A DNA stretch of 43,167 bases from a virus (lineage: Duplodnaviria > Caudoviricetes). The stretch spans positions 1-43,167 of IMG/VR virus record IMGVR_UViG_3300025381_000028. One strand, given 5' to 3'. The notes beneath the pieces are model-generated. The model saw nothing but the letters and a program-made list of their open reading frames with translations, was not told the DNA's origin and did no database searches. The translations under genes and the position numbers were made by a program. Below, piece by piece: positions 33,041 to 41,780 of the stretch (its first letter is position 1; every line of letters starts with the position of its first letter).

Positions 33041-35111
33041 TACTATATCATATCCAAATATTCAAAATTATATTAGTAATGCGTTTTATTCATATGCAAA
33101 CGGTGCTGCATATGTTAGTGGAATAACTGCAAATGATATTCTTAACACTGCTTTAGTAACTCTTATCAATAATACAAATACAGATATAACATCTGCATTT
33201 AGTTTAGAGCAATTAAGCCCTGCTATAAGTTATTTAACGACTACTATTTTAGATTCAGATCCATTATTAAGTACAGCTGCAGATATAGTTGCAAATATAG
33301 TTGATGGAAACATTGTTTCTACACCAATTTTAGATTTTAGTCAATTAGTAAATATTAATAATAATCAAAATATTACATCATTAGTATATACTCCACTTCC
33401 AGATGTAATTACATCAAATTCTTCATCTGATACATATGCAAAATCTACACATGGTTCAACAGTAGATGTATCTCCTTCATTAACTCAGCCTTCAGATATT
33501 ACATTTAATTATAAAGGCTTTGAACCAACACATAGATTTGCTGGACAATATCCATTTGTTCATACTCATAAAACTGAGTCTGGTCATGTTATGGAGCATG
33601 ATGATACTCCAGGTGGTGAACGTATATTGCAATACCATATGTCTGGAACATATGATGAAATGCGTCATGATGGAAGTCGAATTGCAAAAACATCAAATGA
33701 TAACCTTGTTGTTGTTGATGGTGACAACAAACTTTGGGTTGAAGGTTCTGGAGATGTTTATGTAAGAGGAAACATTAAAGTTATATGTCTAAATGATGTT
33801 CATATGGAAGTTGCCGGAAGATTTGAGCTTAATGCTACAGAAGAAGTTAGAATTAAAGGCAAATCTATTCAATTAGAAGCATATAATGGTAATACAAACA
33901 TTTATACTTCAGGAAGTCTTAACTCTTTTACTGGGGTCGATACAAATATATTAACAAAGGGTGGAACTTATATTACTGCGCAAAAAGAATTTGATGTATT
34001 GACACAAGGTAAGGCAAATATTCAGGCTTTGCAAGATATTAATATTAAAACTGACGCACTTGCGTATATGACTGCATTAAGTGGAATGAATTTATTAACT
34101 AATGGTGTTGCAAACTTTACATCACAAGATGATATGAATATATTAACCAATGGAACTGGATATTTTAGCGGTTCAGGTGATATTAACCTCAATGCAGGCG
34201 GTGATTTGAATGAACAAGCAGCAGGAGCAGTAAATATTGATGGATCGTCTGTAAATCTAGATGGTGGTGGAAGTGCTGGTTCTGCATCATCTGCAAGTCC
34301 AGCAGGAACAGCAGTAAAGGCACAAATGGCAATAAAATCTGGATTAGATACTGGTTATAGTAGAGATCAAAGTGCTTCTGTAGAGTCTGTAGTAGAAGAA
34401 TTACTACAGGGATCTTGTGATGATCCAGAACAATTTAGAAAAAATGTTTCTGCTGCTGTTGCAAATGGTAAAATTACACAAGATCAAGCTAATAAGATCT
34501 TAGATCCTTCAAATACACCTCAAGCAGCAAGCGCAGCTGATACTACCGCAGCAAATGCAAAAATTAATCCAAGATCTACTTCAGCAGATGATATTGCTGC
34601 CTTACCAGATTCTTCTATTGGCCCAGGTTTAAGACTAAGTGAACACTTTACATTAGCTGATTTGACTGTAAAGGCTACTTTCTCGCATGAACTTGTACCA
34701 AATCAAGGATTATCAAAGGCAAAACTTGCTTCTAACTTAGCATTGGTTGCAAGAAACTGTTTAGAACCTATTAATGCAAGATGGGGTCCTATTGGAGTCA
34801 ATTCTGCATTTAGACCAGAGTCAGGAAAGAGTCAACATAATACCGGACATGCTATCGATGTAACTTATGGTCTCAGAAGTCAAGATCCACAAACAGTATA
34901 TCAGATTGCACAATGGATTAGAGATAATGTTCTATTTGACCAATTAATCTTAGAATATGGTAGAACACAAATCTGGACACACATTTCATATGATGCATCA
35001 AAAAGACAACAAAGACGAGATATCAGAACTTGCCCACATCCAAGCGCAAGTGAGTATCCATCAGGTTTAATCGTGTATAACTGGAAACCAGGAGCTGCAG
35101 GAAATGGCTAA
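33033..35111 (+). CDS. Central spike C-part: gp5 beta-helix plus C-terminal peptidase M15-type domain
   Basis: YPFVH..TESGHVMEHDDTPGGERI..YHMSGT, 8-residue repeats; LSEHFTL, NSAFR, SQHNTGHAID, DQLILEY, WTHISY; TTG start uncertain. Confidence 0.85.
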   Translation: MANTISYPNIQNYISNAFYSYANGAAYVSGITANDILNTALVTLINNTNTDITSAFSLEQLSPAISYLTTTILDSDPLLSTAADIVANIVDGNIVSTPILDFSQLVNINNNQNITSLVYTPLPDVITSNSSSDTYAKSTHGSTVDVSPSLTQPSDITFNYKGFEPTHRFAGQYPFVHTHKTESGHVMEHDDTPGGERILQYHMSGTYDEMRHDGSRIAKTSNDNLVVVDGDNKLWVEGSGDVYVRGNIKVICLNDVHMEVAGRFELNATEEVRIKGKSIQLEAYNGNTNIYTSGSLNSFTGVDTNILTKGGTYITAQKEFDVLTQGKANIQALQDINIKTDALAYMTALSGMNLLTNGVANFTSQDDMNILTNGTGYFSGSGDINLNAGGDLNEQAAGAVNIDGSSVNLDGGGSAGSASSASPAGTAVKAQMAIKSGLDTGYSRDQSASVESVVEELLQGSCDDPEQFRKNVSAAVANGKITQDQANKILDPSNTPQAASAADTTAANAKINPRSTSADDIAALPDSSIGPGLRLSEHFTLADLTVKATFSHELVPNQGLSKAKLASNLALVARNCLEPINARWGPIGVNSAFRPESGKSQHNTGHAIDVTYGLRSQDPQTVYQIAQWIRDNVLFDQLILEYGRTQIWTHISYDASKRQQRRDIRTCPHPSASEYPSGLIVYNWKPGAAGNG

Positions 35112-35364
35112 TATTGCAAGATTAGGAGACACATCGAGTCATGGTGGGCATATTATTAGTGCATCTGATAATGCAACTGCTGATAATATTGGAATTGCTC
35201 GTACTGGAGACCAACACTCGTGTCCTATAGATGGTCATGGAACCACATCTTTGATTGGAACTGGACGAGCTACTGCAGATGGAAGACAAGTTGTTCGTGT
35301 AGGTGATAGAGCCGGATGCGGAGCAGTTATCACATCCGGCTCACCTAATGTAACTAGTGGTTAA
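35104..35364 (+). CDS. PAAR-repeat spike tip protein (gp5.4-like)
   Basis: IARLGD, IARTGD, VVRVGD..CG...GSPNV. Confidence 0.93.
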   Translation: MANIARLGDTSSHGGHIISASDNATADNIGIARTGDQHSCPIDGHGTTSLIGTGRATADGRQVVRVGDRAGCGAVITSGSPNVTSG

Positions 35365-35708
35365 AATACTTTTCTAAGCTGTAAATTCACATAAAAATTA
35401 GTTGCTGTCGATGTTACAGAAAGATTTCCTGTATTAAGAGCAGTTAAAGGCAAACCGTGTGCGCTATAATCTGCTTGACCGCTATTATTGAATATAGCAA
35501 GAGTGTTTGCATCGCCAGAAAGCTTAATATATCCGCTATCTGCACCCCAAAATACACGTGTAATGGTGAATCCTGTAAGAACTTCTGCAGGAGATGATAG
35601 TGCTACATTACTTACAGAGTTATTTCCGGCAACTACAAGCGTAGTATTCGATGTAAATGTGATTCCAGCTGTCTGAAATGGAATATTTGATGTAAATTTG
35701 TAAGCCAT
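35361..35708 (-). CDS. Hypothetical late (probable virion) protein
   Basis: GAGGA SD, TATAAATA upstream, beta-rich Ser/Thr/Asn composition. Confidence 0.75.
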   Translation of the reverse strand: MAYKFTSNIPFQTAGITFTSNTTLVVAGNNSVSNVALSSPAEVLTGFTITRVFWGADSGYIKLSGDANTLAIFNNSGQADYSAHGLPLTALNTGNLSVTSTATNFYVNLQLRKVF

Positions 35709-35733
35709 AGATCATCCTCTAGTTAATTTATTA

Positions 35734-35741
35734 TATTTATA
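35734..35741 (-). promoter_or_regulatory. T4-type late promoter
   Basis: TATAAATA on minus strand. Confidence 0.75.
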
Positions 35742-35773
35742 AAAGAAAAGCCCCTTACAATTAAGTAAGGGGC
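35741..35773 (-). terminator. Terminator after peroxiredoxin
   Basis: GCCCCTTAC-N6-GTAAGGGGC with minus-strand T-tract. Confidence 0.8.
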
Positions 35774-35811
35774 CCTCTTAAACGATCATTCTTATCTCTG
35801 GTATATTCTAT

Positions 35812-36351
35812 TTATACACTTTGTAAATATTTCATGACATTTTCAGGAGAAGATTCACCATAAGGATCTTCTTCATAATTATGTTGCTTATTTGGTTCAA
35901 TGAACCACTTCTCAATCTTGCCATTGTTGATCACAGCAGCATAGCGCCAAGACCTCATACCAAAGCCAAGGTTGTCCTTATCAACTAGCATATTCATGCC
36001 TTCCGTAAAGTGACCACTGCCATCTGGGATCATCTTTACACGTTCAATATTTTGTGACTTAGCCCATGCATTCATAACAAAAGCATCATTTACTGACACA
36101 CAATAGATTTCATCAATGCCAAACTTGCCAAAATCAAAATGCATACGCTCATAACCAGGTAGTTGATAAGCAGAGCAAGTGGGTGTGAAAGCTCCAGGCA
36201 ATGCGAATAGGATAACTCGCTTGCCACCGAAGTAATCAAAGCTGGTCTTGTCTTCCCAACGGTATGGGTTCGGACCATCAATGCTTTCATCACGTACTCG
36301 AGTCTTAAATGTAACTGAAGGAACTACTGATGGGGGATTTTGATAAAGCAT
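35812..36351 (-). CDS. Peroxiredoxin (Prx5-like)
   Basis: LPGAFTPTCS, SVNDAFVMNAW, IPDGSG, GFGMRSWRYA. Confidence 0.95.
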   Translation of the reverse strand: MLYQNPPSVVPSVTFKTRVRDESIDGPNPYRWEDKTSFDYFGGKRVILFALPGAFTPTCSAYQLPGYERMHFDFGKFGIDEIYCVSVNDAFVMNAWAKSQNIERVKMIPDGSGHFTEGMNMLVDKDNLGFGMRSWRYAAVINNGKIEKWFIEPNKQHNYEEDPYGESSPENVMKYLQSV

Positions 36352-36385
36352 GTTAACTCCATAAATAAAAATAAAAGGTTAAATT

Positions 36386-37036
36386 ATGTATTCATTTACA
36401 AATTTCATTATAGAAAATACAGAAGGTCGTAAAGATCCAAAATCTAAAACGCTTCATGCATTTGATATAGATGAAACTTTATTTGCACACGATCCTTCAA
36501 AAGTAAGAATACATGTAAGAGATAAAAAGACTGGACAAAGAGTAAAATCTTTGACAAATCAAGAATATAATGTTCATAAGTTACATCCAGACCATGAATA
36601 TGATTATAGTGAGTTTAAATCATCTGATGTTTTCAGAAAAAGTGCTCATCCTATTCGTAGTATGATTGCAAAACTTAAGGGTATACATAGACACAATAAG
36701 AATGTTGAATTAGTTACTGCAAGATCAGATATGGATGATCCTAAAGCTTTTGGTCAACACTTAAAAAAGTATGGTATTGATATTGGTAATGTACATGTTC
36801 GTAGATCAGGTAATCTTAAGATTGGATCAGCAGCTGAGAATAAAGCAGCTATGATATCTAGTCTTATTAAGAAGCATGGTTATAATCGAGTTCATCTTTA
36901 TGATGATTCAATGGATAACCTTGAACACTTTCAAAAGCTTAAGCAGCAGCATCCAGATGTTAAGTTTCATGCTCACCATGTTCATCATGATCCAGAAACT
37001 GGACAAACTAAACTTACAACTTTTGAACCAGTATAG
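36386..37036 (+). CDS. HAD-superfamily phosphatase-like protein, probably late
   Basis: AFDIDETLF (DxD), VTAR, K, YDD..N; CATAAATA at 36360-36367. Confidence 0.75.
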   Translation: MYSFTNFIIENTEGRKDPKSKTLHAFDIDETLFAHDPSKVRIHVRDKKTGQRVKSLTNQEYNVHKLHPDHEYDYSEFKSSDVFRKSAHPIRSMIAKLKGIHRHNKNVELVTARSDMDDPKAFGQHLKKYGIDIGNVHVRRSGNLKIGSAAENKAAMISSLIKKHGYNRVHLYDDSMDNLEHFQKLKQQHPDVKFHAHHVHHDPETGQTKLTTFEPV

Positions 37037-37061
37037 ACTATTATACACCAGTTAGGAAGCA

Positions 37062-37499
37062 ATGTCAACAAAAAAAGAGCATGAAGTTAAAGAAAATCTT
37101 GAAGTAGATGTATGGTATCCAGATCATCCACCTAGAACTATTTCAGAAACTTTTTCTTTATCACGAAAAAATATGATTGAAGATAATGCTAATGCATGTT
37201 GTTATATATGCGGAAGTAAAACTGATTTAGAACTGCACCATTTTATTATTGAATGGGCTTTTGCAGATGCTATTGACTGGGATAAAGTAAAAAAAATCTG
37301 CCCCGATTTTAACTGGGCAGATTTTAAGCAAGCATCAGATTTTGTAGATTCAGAATATAATATGCTAGTACTATGTCAAAAACATCATAGACTTAAAAAT
37401 CATGGAATACACAATTTGCCGTATCCAATTTGGAAGATCCAGCAGCTTGTGCAGTCTGATTTTGTTCTGACTGAAGATTCATCTTCTTCAAAGCAATAA
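37062..37499 (+). CDS. HNH-like zinc-finger protein
   Basis: CYICG...LELHH...NMLVLCQKHH. Confidence 0.7.
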   Translation: MSTKKEHEVKENLEVDVWYPDHPPRTISETFSLSRKNMIEDNANACCYICGSKTDLELHHFIIEWAFADAIDWDKVKKICPDFNWADFKQASDFVDSEYNMLVLCQKHHRLKNHGIHNLPYPIWKIQQLVQSDFVLTEDSSSSKQ

Positions 37500-37641
37500 T
37501 ATCTGCTTTCATATCAGCAATAAAGTCTTGCATTACCTCAAGAATTTCATAAGCTTTATCATATTCATTATTCATTGCAAGATCAGCAAGTTGATAAACA
37601 ACTTCTGTAAAATGTGACTCGATCTTTTCAATTTGTTGCAT
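37393..37641 (-). CDS. Hypothetical protein (3' end overlaps HNH gene)
   Basis: TAATG coupling with upstream ORF; helical N-part. Confidence 0.55.
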   Translation of the reverse strand: MQQIEKIESHFTEVVYQLADLAMNNEYDKAYEILEVMQDFIADMKADIIALKKMNLQSEQNQTAQAAGSSKLDTANCVFHDF

Positions 37642-37787
37642 TACATATGTCCAGATTTAATAATATTATATGTAAGAAAAGACATTCCAACAATAAACCC
37701 CCAAAGCATTAAAGAAGCAAATATAGTTACAAAAAAAATCTTTATTCCAGTCCAATTAATTTTAATTTGATACTTAGATTTTTTCAT
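37641..37787 (-). CDS. Small membrane protein (48 aa, not in ORF track)
   Basis: MKKSKYQIKINWTGIKIFFVTIFASLMLWGFIVGMSFL...; one TM helix. Confidence 0.55.
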   Translation of the reverse strand: MKKSKYQIKINWTGIKIFFVTIFASLMLWGFIVGMSFLTYNIIKSGHM

Positions 37788-37887
37788 ATGTGTAACACTT
37801 TCTTTAATAAGCTTAACCATATAGGAAATGTCATGACTATACCCCTAATTTCATTTAGAATGAAAAAAAGTAATACGGTCTTCTTAT

Positions 37888-38097
37888 TTATCTTGAAAAA
37901 GGGTATGTGACACCATCTACTGTAATGACCATAGAATCCCAATTACCAAGATTCAAGGCTTGAACTGCAAGACCGCCAGTTCTAAAATAGTGTTGAATCT
38001 TTAGCATTTCTTCTTCGAGATGGGTTTCATCCAGTTCACCTGTAGTAGAACCAACATCAAAACCATTAAGCTTAAACGTTACTGTAAAATTAACCAT
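37888..38097 (-). CDS. Hypothetical protein
   Basis: AAGGA SD. Confidence 0.7.
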   Translation of the reverse strand: MVNFTVTFKLNGFDVGSTTGELDETHLEEEMLKIQHYFRTGGLAVQALNLGNWDSMVITVDGVTYPFSR

Positions 38098-38111
38098 AAT
38101 ACTTCCTTAAA

Positions 38112-38540
38112 TTAAAAAGATTCTTCAGGAGTCATTGTAACCCTATGCAACTTATAAGCTACTGGAGTATAACATTCCCAAGAATTATTTATAAACAGAT
38201 AGTTATATGTAGATGTACAACCATACTTATTATATTCTTCCATATTCACATAAAGAGTCTGATTTTGATATCCCGGTTTACAATCTCGAGAATAAGCAAC
38301 AATTACATTAGGCTCTGGATTAGAAATAGAATGACCATAACCAGAAGAAGGCTTCATAATAGGCTTAACTGCTCGAATATCTCCAAGAGACACAAGCTTC
38401 AATGCCATATCACGCGTCTTATAAATGATATTCAGAAGAGGAAGCATATCATCGGGGCTTCCATTTTCAGTACAGTTAATGGTTACAACAGTACCATCAT
38501 CATGTTGAAACCCAATAGTGCAATTACCTTGATACCGCAT
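38112..38540 (-). CDS. Hypothetical phage protein
   Basis: TAATG coupling; IG...I.C..G...LVSLGDI..AYSRD..YNYLF..W pattern seen in phage early genes. Confidence 0.7.
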   Translation of the reverse strand: MRYQGNCTIGFQHDDGTVVTINCTENGSPDDMLPLLNIIYKTRDMALKLVSLGDIRAVKPIMKPSSGYGHSISNPEPNVIVAYSRDCKPGYQNQTLYVNMEEYNKYGCTSTYNYLFINNSWECYTPVAYKLHRVTMTPEESF

Positions 38541-38881
38541 TAGCAAAAATCTCCATCAAAAAAATAATAACCTTCATCATCTAGATATGTGCGCTTGTCA
38601 GGCGGGAATATTCCCCACTGTTTACTACTGGCTGTAGTATGATCAAGACCATCTTGTTTACGATCAACCATATCAAAGAAAGCTTGATGAGAAATAAATC
38701 TATTCTCTTCATCAATAATAGCACAATTCAGCAGCCGAGCTTCCCAATCGGCTTTAGTCTTACAGACTGAGCCATTGAATTGGAACTTCCAGCCATGACT
38801 GGACTTACCAATGTGCTCTAGTGTAGGATAGTGACCACAATGCGGACACCGCTCTTCGTGAATGAAATAATTGTTACCCAT
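38540..38881 (-). CDS. Hypothetical phage protein
   Basis: MGNNY, CPHCG, HIGKSSHGWKFQF; GAGGA SD. Confidence 0.75.
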   Translation of the reverse strand: MGNNYFIHEERCPHCGHYPTLEHIGKSSHGWKFQFNGSVCKTKADWEARLLNCAIIDEENRFISHQAFFDMVDRKQDGLDHTTASSKQWGIFPPDKRTYLDDEGYYFFDGDFC

Positions 38882-38908
38882 AATCAATCCTCTGTTGTTA
38901 ATACTATA

Positions 38909-39139
38909 TTAATCTTTTACGGTATTAATGTCAACAGTCTTTTCATAAGAAAAACACAAAGCGGTTGCAATAAAAGATATCATCATACCTAGACTACCAA
39001 TAAGAGCTATGATAAGATCAAACATCATTGCACCATAGATAGCAAATCCAGCAAACATTCCGCTGATCCAACAAAATGCAAGAATCTTCTCGACTTGCTT
39101 ATATGGAATCATAGATGATAAAACTACATCATTCTTCAT
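38909..39139 (-). CDS. Small two-TM membrane protein
   Basis: ATG 39139 right after aldolase stop; two hydrophobic segments. Confidence 0.65.
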   Translation of the reverse strand: MKNDVVLSSMIPYKQVEKILAFCWISGMFAGFAIYGAMMFDLIIALIGSLGMMISFIATALCFSYEKTVDINTVKD

Positions 39140-39140
39140 C

Positions 39141-39761
39141 TTAGTATTTTCCAGATACCAATACAATTTGACAGATGTGTTCAAGACGCTCGATATGTTC
39201 AAAGGCCCGCCAAGGACTAGTGTCGATAGATACCACACCATGACCCTTGATACCTACGATATCATATGCTATATTGCCGTGTTCATCTAGTTCTAGATTC
39301 TCATGACAATAGTCTGCGAGTTCTTGACTAATAGGTGGAACATCAGGTACATTAGGAGCAACGTGTGTATATCGACTAAGTTCTGGAAAATCCTTGGCCA
39401 GATCGCCTAGTTCAATACCTCTATGCATAGCAGCTACGCAATAAGTAGGATGAAAATGCACAACCACTCGAACATCATCTGCATGCTGTCCCATATTCTT
39501 CTGTAAACCAAAGTGAAGAGGAATCTCACCACTCGGTGTCAGATTAGAACTAATATCAGTATACTTTTCTTCTTCCCATGAAGATCCACGAATACCAATC
39601 TTCTTGAATTGGTCAGGTTGCAATGTTTGCTTACGGACACCGCTTGGAGTAATATAGAAATGATCTCGATCATGATGACGGATACTTACATTACCATCTC
39701 GGCTAGTAATCCAGTTCCGACGGTAAGCCTCGATCATAGTATCGCAAATTGTTTCTAGCAC
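39141..39761 (-). CDS. Class II aldolase/adducin-family protein
   Basis: DGNVS, ITPSG, PSGEIPLH, VVHFHP, GHGV. Confidence 0.9.
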   Translation of the reverse strand: MLETICDTMIEAYRRNWITSRDGNVSIRHHDRDHFYITPSGVRKQTLQPDQFKKIGIRGSSWEEEKYTDISSNLTPSGEIPLHFGLQKNMGQHADDVRVVVHFHPTYCVAAMHRGIELGDLAKDFPELSRYTHVAPNVPDVPPISQELADYCHENLELDEHGNIAYDIVGIKGHGVVSIDTSPWRAFEHIERLEHICQIVLVSGKY

Positions 39762-39916
39762 TATTCAATCCTACCTAGACGATGCATGATATTAGAAATC
39801 TTTCTAATCTCGGCTTCATTATTGATGATACTATTCATGTAGAAACCAAGAGCTCTCTTAATCAGAGTAATATCGGCAGTAGCCAAAGCTGCCCTAGGCC
39901 TTTCAGTCTGTGTCAT
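39761..39916 (-). CDS. Small hypothetical protein (51 aa, not in ORF track)
   Basis: GAGGA SD; MTQTERPRAA...MHRLGRIE; coupled at both ends. Confidence 0.7.
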   Translation of the reverse strand: MTQTERPRAALATADITLIKRALGFYMNSIINNEAEIRKISNIMHRLGRIE

Positions 39917-40263
39917 TTAATATCCTCAATCTTATAAGTTGTAGTCGGAACTCGACCATCCATAGTATATGTACTAGAGTCAGAAAGATCAAGCTCTGGA
40001 AATTCTGACTTTACACCGCTATAGTTAGCTTGAAATGATGCAGCATTATAATCTTTAGCACTTATAATAAAAGATTCTCCATATTGTGTAAGCTTATACA
40101 CTTTCATAGGAGTAACTTTATATCTCTTAAACTTGATCTTTTCTTTGAGTTGCTTTTTAGTGTCATTAAAAGAAAGAATCCTATTAAATTCTTCTTCAGG
40201 AAGAGTTGCAAGATTTCCCCAAGAAGCCGGATTAGTACGATTGAATTCTTTAAACATTTTCAT
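39913..40263 (-). CDS. Hypothetical protein
   Basis: Operon packing; start uncertain (40263 or 40257). Confidence 0.65.
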   Translation of the reverse strand: MKMFKEFNRTNPASWGNLATLPEEEFNRILSFNDTKKQLKEKIKFKRYKVTPMKVYKLTQYGESFIISAKDYNAASFQANYSGVKSEFPELDLSDSSTYTMDGRVPTTTYKIEDIK

Positions 40264-40486
40264 TCTCTTCAAGTTGAAGGTCTAGATCAAAAAGATTACC
40301 AATTTCCATAATGATACGCTTATAGACTTCATCTCTATCATAATTAGTACCATCAAAGCAATGCGCAAATGGAGTCAGCTCAAGCTTGAGTTCATCATCA
40401 AAATATACATTTGCTCCTTGTGCATAAGATGGACCACACAATTCACAATCCATCGAGTCATATTGCCATTCAATCCGGATATGCAT
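40250..40486 (-). CDS. Hypothetical protein
   Basis: DCELCG..YAQG..AHC motif; operon packing. Confidence 0.7.
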   Translation of the reverse strand: MHIRIEWQYDSMDCELCGPSYAQGANVYFDDELKLELTPFAHCFDGTNYDRDEVYKRIIMEIGNLFDLDLQLEENENV

Positions 40487-40488
40487 CT

Positions 40489-40911
40489 TTACTTTCTCTT
40501 GAAAAACAAACAGATCACTAAAATAATTATAATAAATTCAAGAAATATTGTCAATGGATTAAACACGACTGTGCTATAATAATTATTCACCACGGGTTCC
40601 ACGCAGCAGCATTTACCAGTTTCACTGGTTGTCGGCGCACTAGGAGCCGCTGTTTTATGAACAGAGGAACGATGCTTATTAATCTGCAGAAACTGGTAAA
40701 CCGTATTCTGTATAGACACAAATTGGTTCTGTTGTACTTCGGTGGTATTAACAGTTACATGCGGAGATGCCTCCACGGGCTTTGAAGCCAAAGGTGGAGG
40801 TGATTCCGTATTATACTGTACGATTGTGTCTTCATCCATAACAGTACTTGCAACGTAACTGCTAGTCCCAAGACTAGGTGGATGAGGTACATGAATATAA
40901 TGTTGTTCCAT
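40489..40911 (-). CDS. Pro/Thr-rich protein with C-terminal membrane anchor
   Basis: C-terminal LTIFLEFIIIILVICLFF-KRK. Confidence 0.6.
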   Translation of the reverse strand: MEQHYIHVPHPPSLGTSSYVASTVMDEDTIVQYNTESPPPLASKPVEASPHVTVNTTEVQQNQFVSIQNTVYQFLQINKHRSSVHKTAAPSAPTTSETGKCCCVEPVVNNYYSTVVFNPLTIFLEFIIIILVICLFFKRK

Positions 40912-40914
40912 TGT

Positions 40915-41535
40915 CTAATCCCAAAGAGCCATGAAGTATTTACCGAATAACTTAGTTCCATTATTGATACGAGCTAGATGCTTATCATATCCCTTGCGGT
41001 CAAATACGTGAGTATCATTAGGACCCTTTTGCATTTCTTCATGATTACCATCTTCAGTAGGTACCCACTTGATATCATGCTCACCGCTATGGAATTGATC
41101 CTCCCAAGTGCCTGAAGCAATTTCGCCAAAGGCAAAGATCATTTCACCTAGGATCCAATCCCAGCGAGCTTCATGATTTGCATCTGTGTCATATTCGTTT
41201 TCCTTTGGTGGAGCAGATGTTGACCGTAGATGTTTAGGCACATCCTTATCATCAGTGAATGGAGACCCATGCTTTGTCTTTTGTAGTTGTTGCAACATAG
41301 GAAGAATGATAACAGACAGTGTGTGATCAGTCGACCAAGTATCATAGTTATGAATCTTGACTTTAATCTTTCTTTGTCTCTTATTGTAGATATATTGACA
41401 GAAACCGGTCAAAGGCGTTTTTGATAGCCAAGACCCAATATTATGCCTCTTATCATCATTAAGAAAAGGAAGAAGCATATCCACAATCTGATATGGACCA
41501 ATCCACTTCTTATATCGGCCAATATAAACTTTCAT
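40915..41535 (-). CDS. Conserved hypothetical phage protein
   Basis: YDTWSTDHTL..IILPML, WDWILGEMIFAF, LFGKYF.ALWD. Confidence 0.8.
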   Translation of the reverse strand: MKVYIGRYKKWIGPYQIVDMLLPFLNDDKRHNIGSWLSKTPLTGFCQYIYNKRQRKIKVKIHNYDTWSTDHTLSVIILPMLQQLQKTKHGSPFTDDKDVPKHLRSTSAPPKENEYDTDANHEARWDWILGEMIFAFGEIASGTWEDQFHSGEHDIKWVPTEDGNHEEMQKGPNDTHVFDRKGYDKHLARINNGTKLFGKYFMALWD

Positions 41536-41780
41536 TCATCACCTCTATTCATCATCTTCTCATAAAGCTCTCTAGAGATCACAGGACCACGAGCCTTCTT
41601 ATACTGCTCTAGTTGGGTTTCTAGTTCAGCGATCTTGTAGCTTTCTACAGCATCACGTAGTTCAAAGTTCTCCTGAAAAAGAGACTCAAGGTCTTGACTG
41701 GCTTGCCGTTCAATTTCATAATACCAGCGACCTGAAGGACTAGTTGCTCTCCATAGCTCTCGTGTTCTATTCAGTTTCAT
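41532..41780 (-). CDS. Hypothetical protein
   Basis: GGAGG SD before ATG 41780. Confidence 0.7.
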   Translation of the reverse strand: MKLNRTRELWRATSPSGRWYYEIERQASQDLESLFQENFELRDAVESYKIAELETQLEQYKKARGPVISRELYEKMMNRGDE

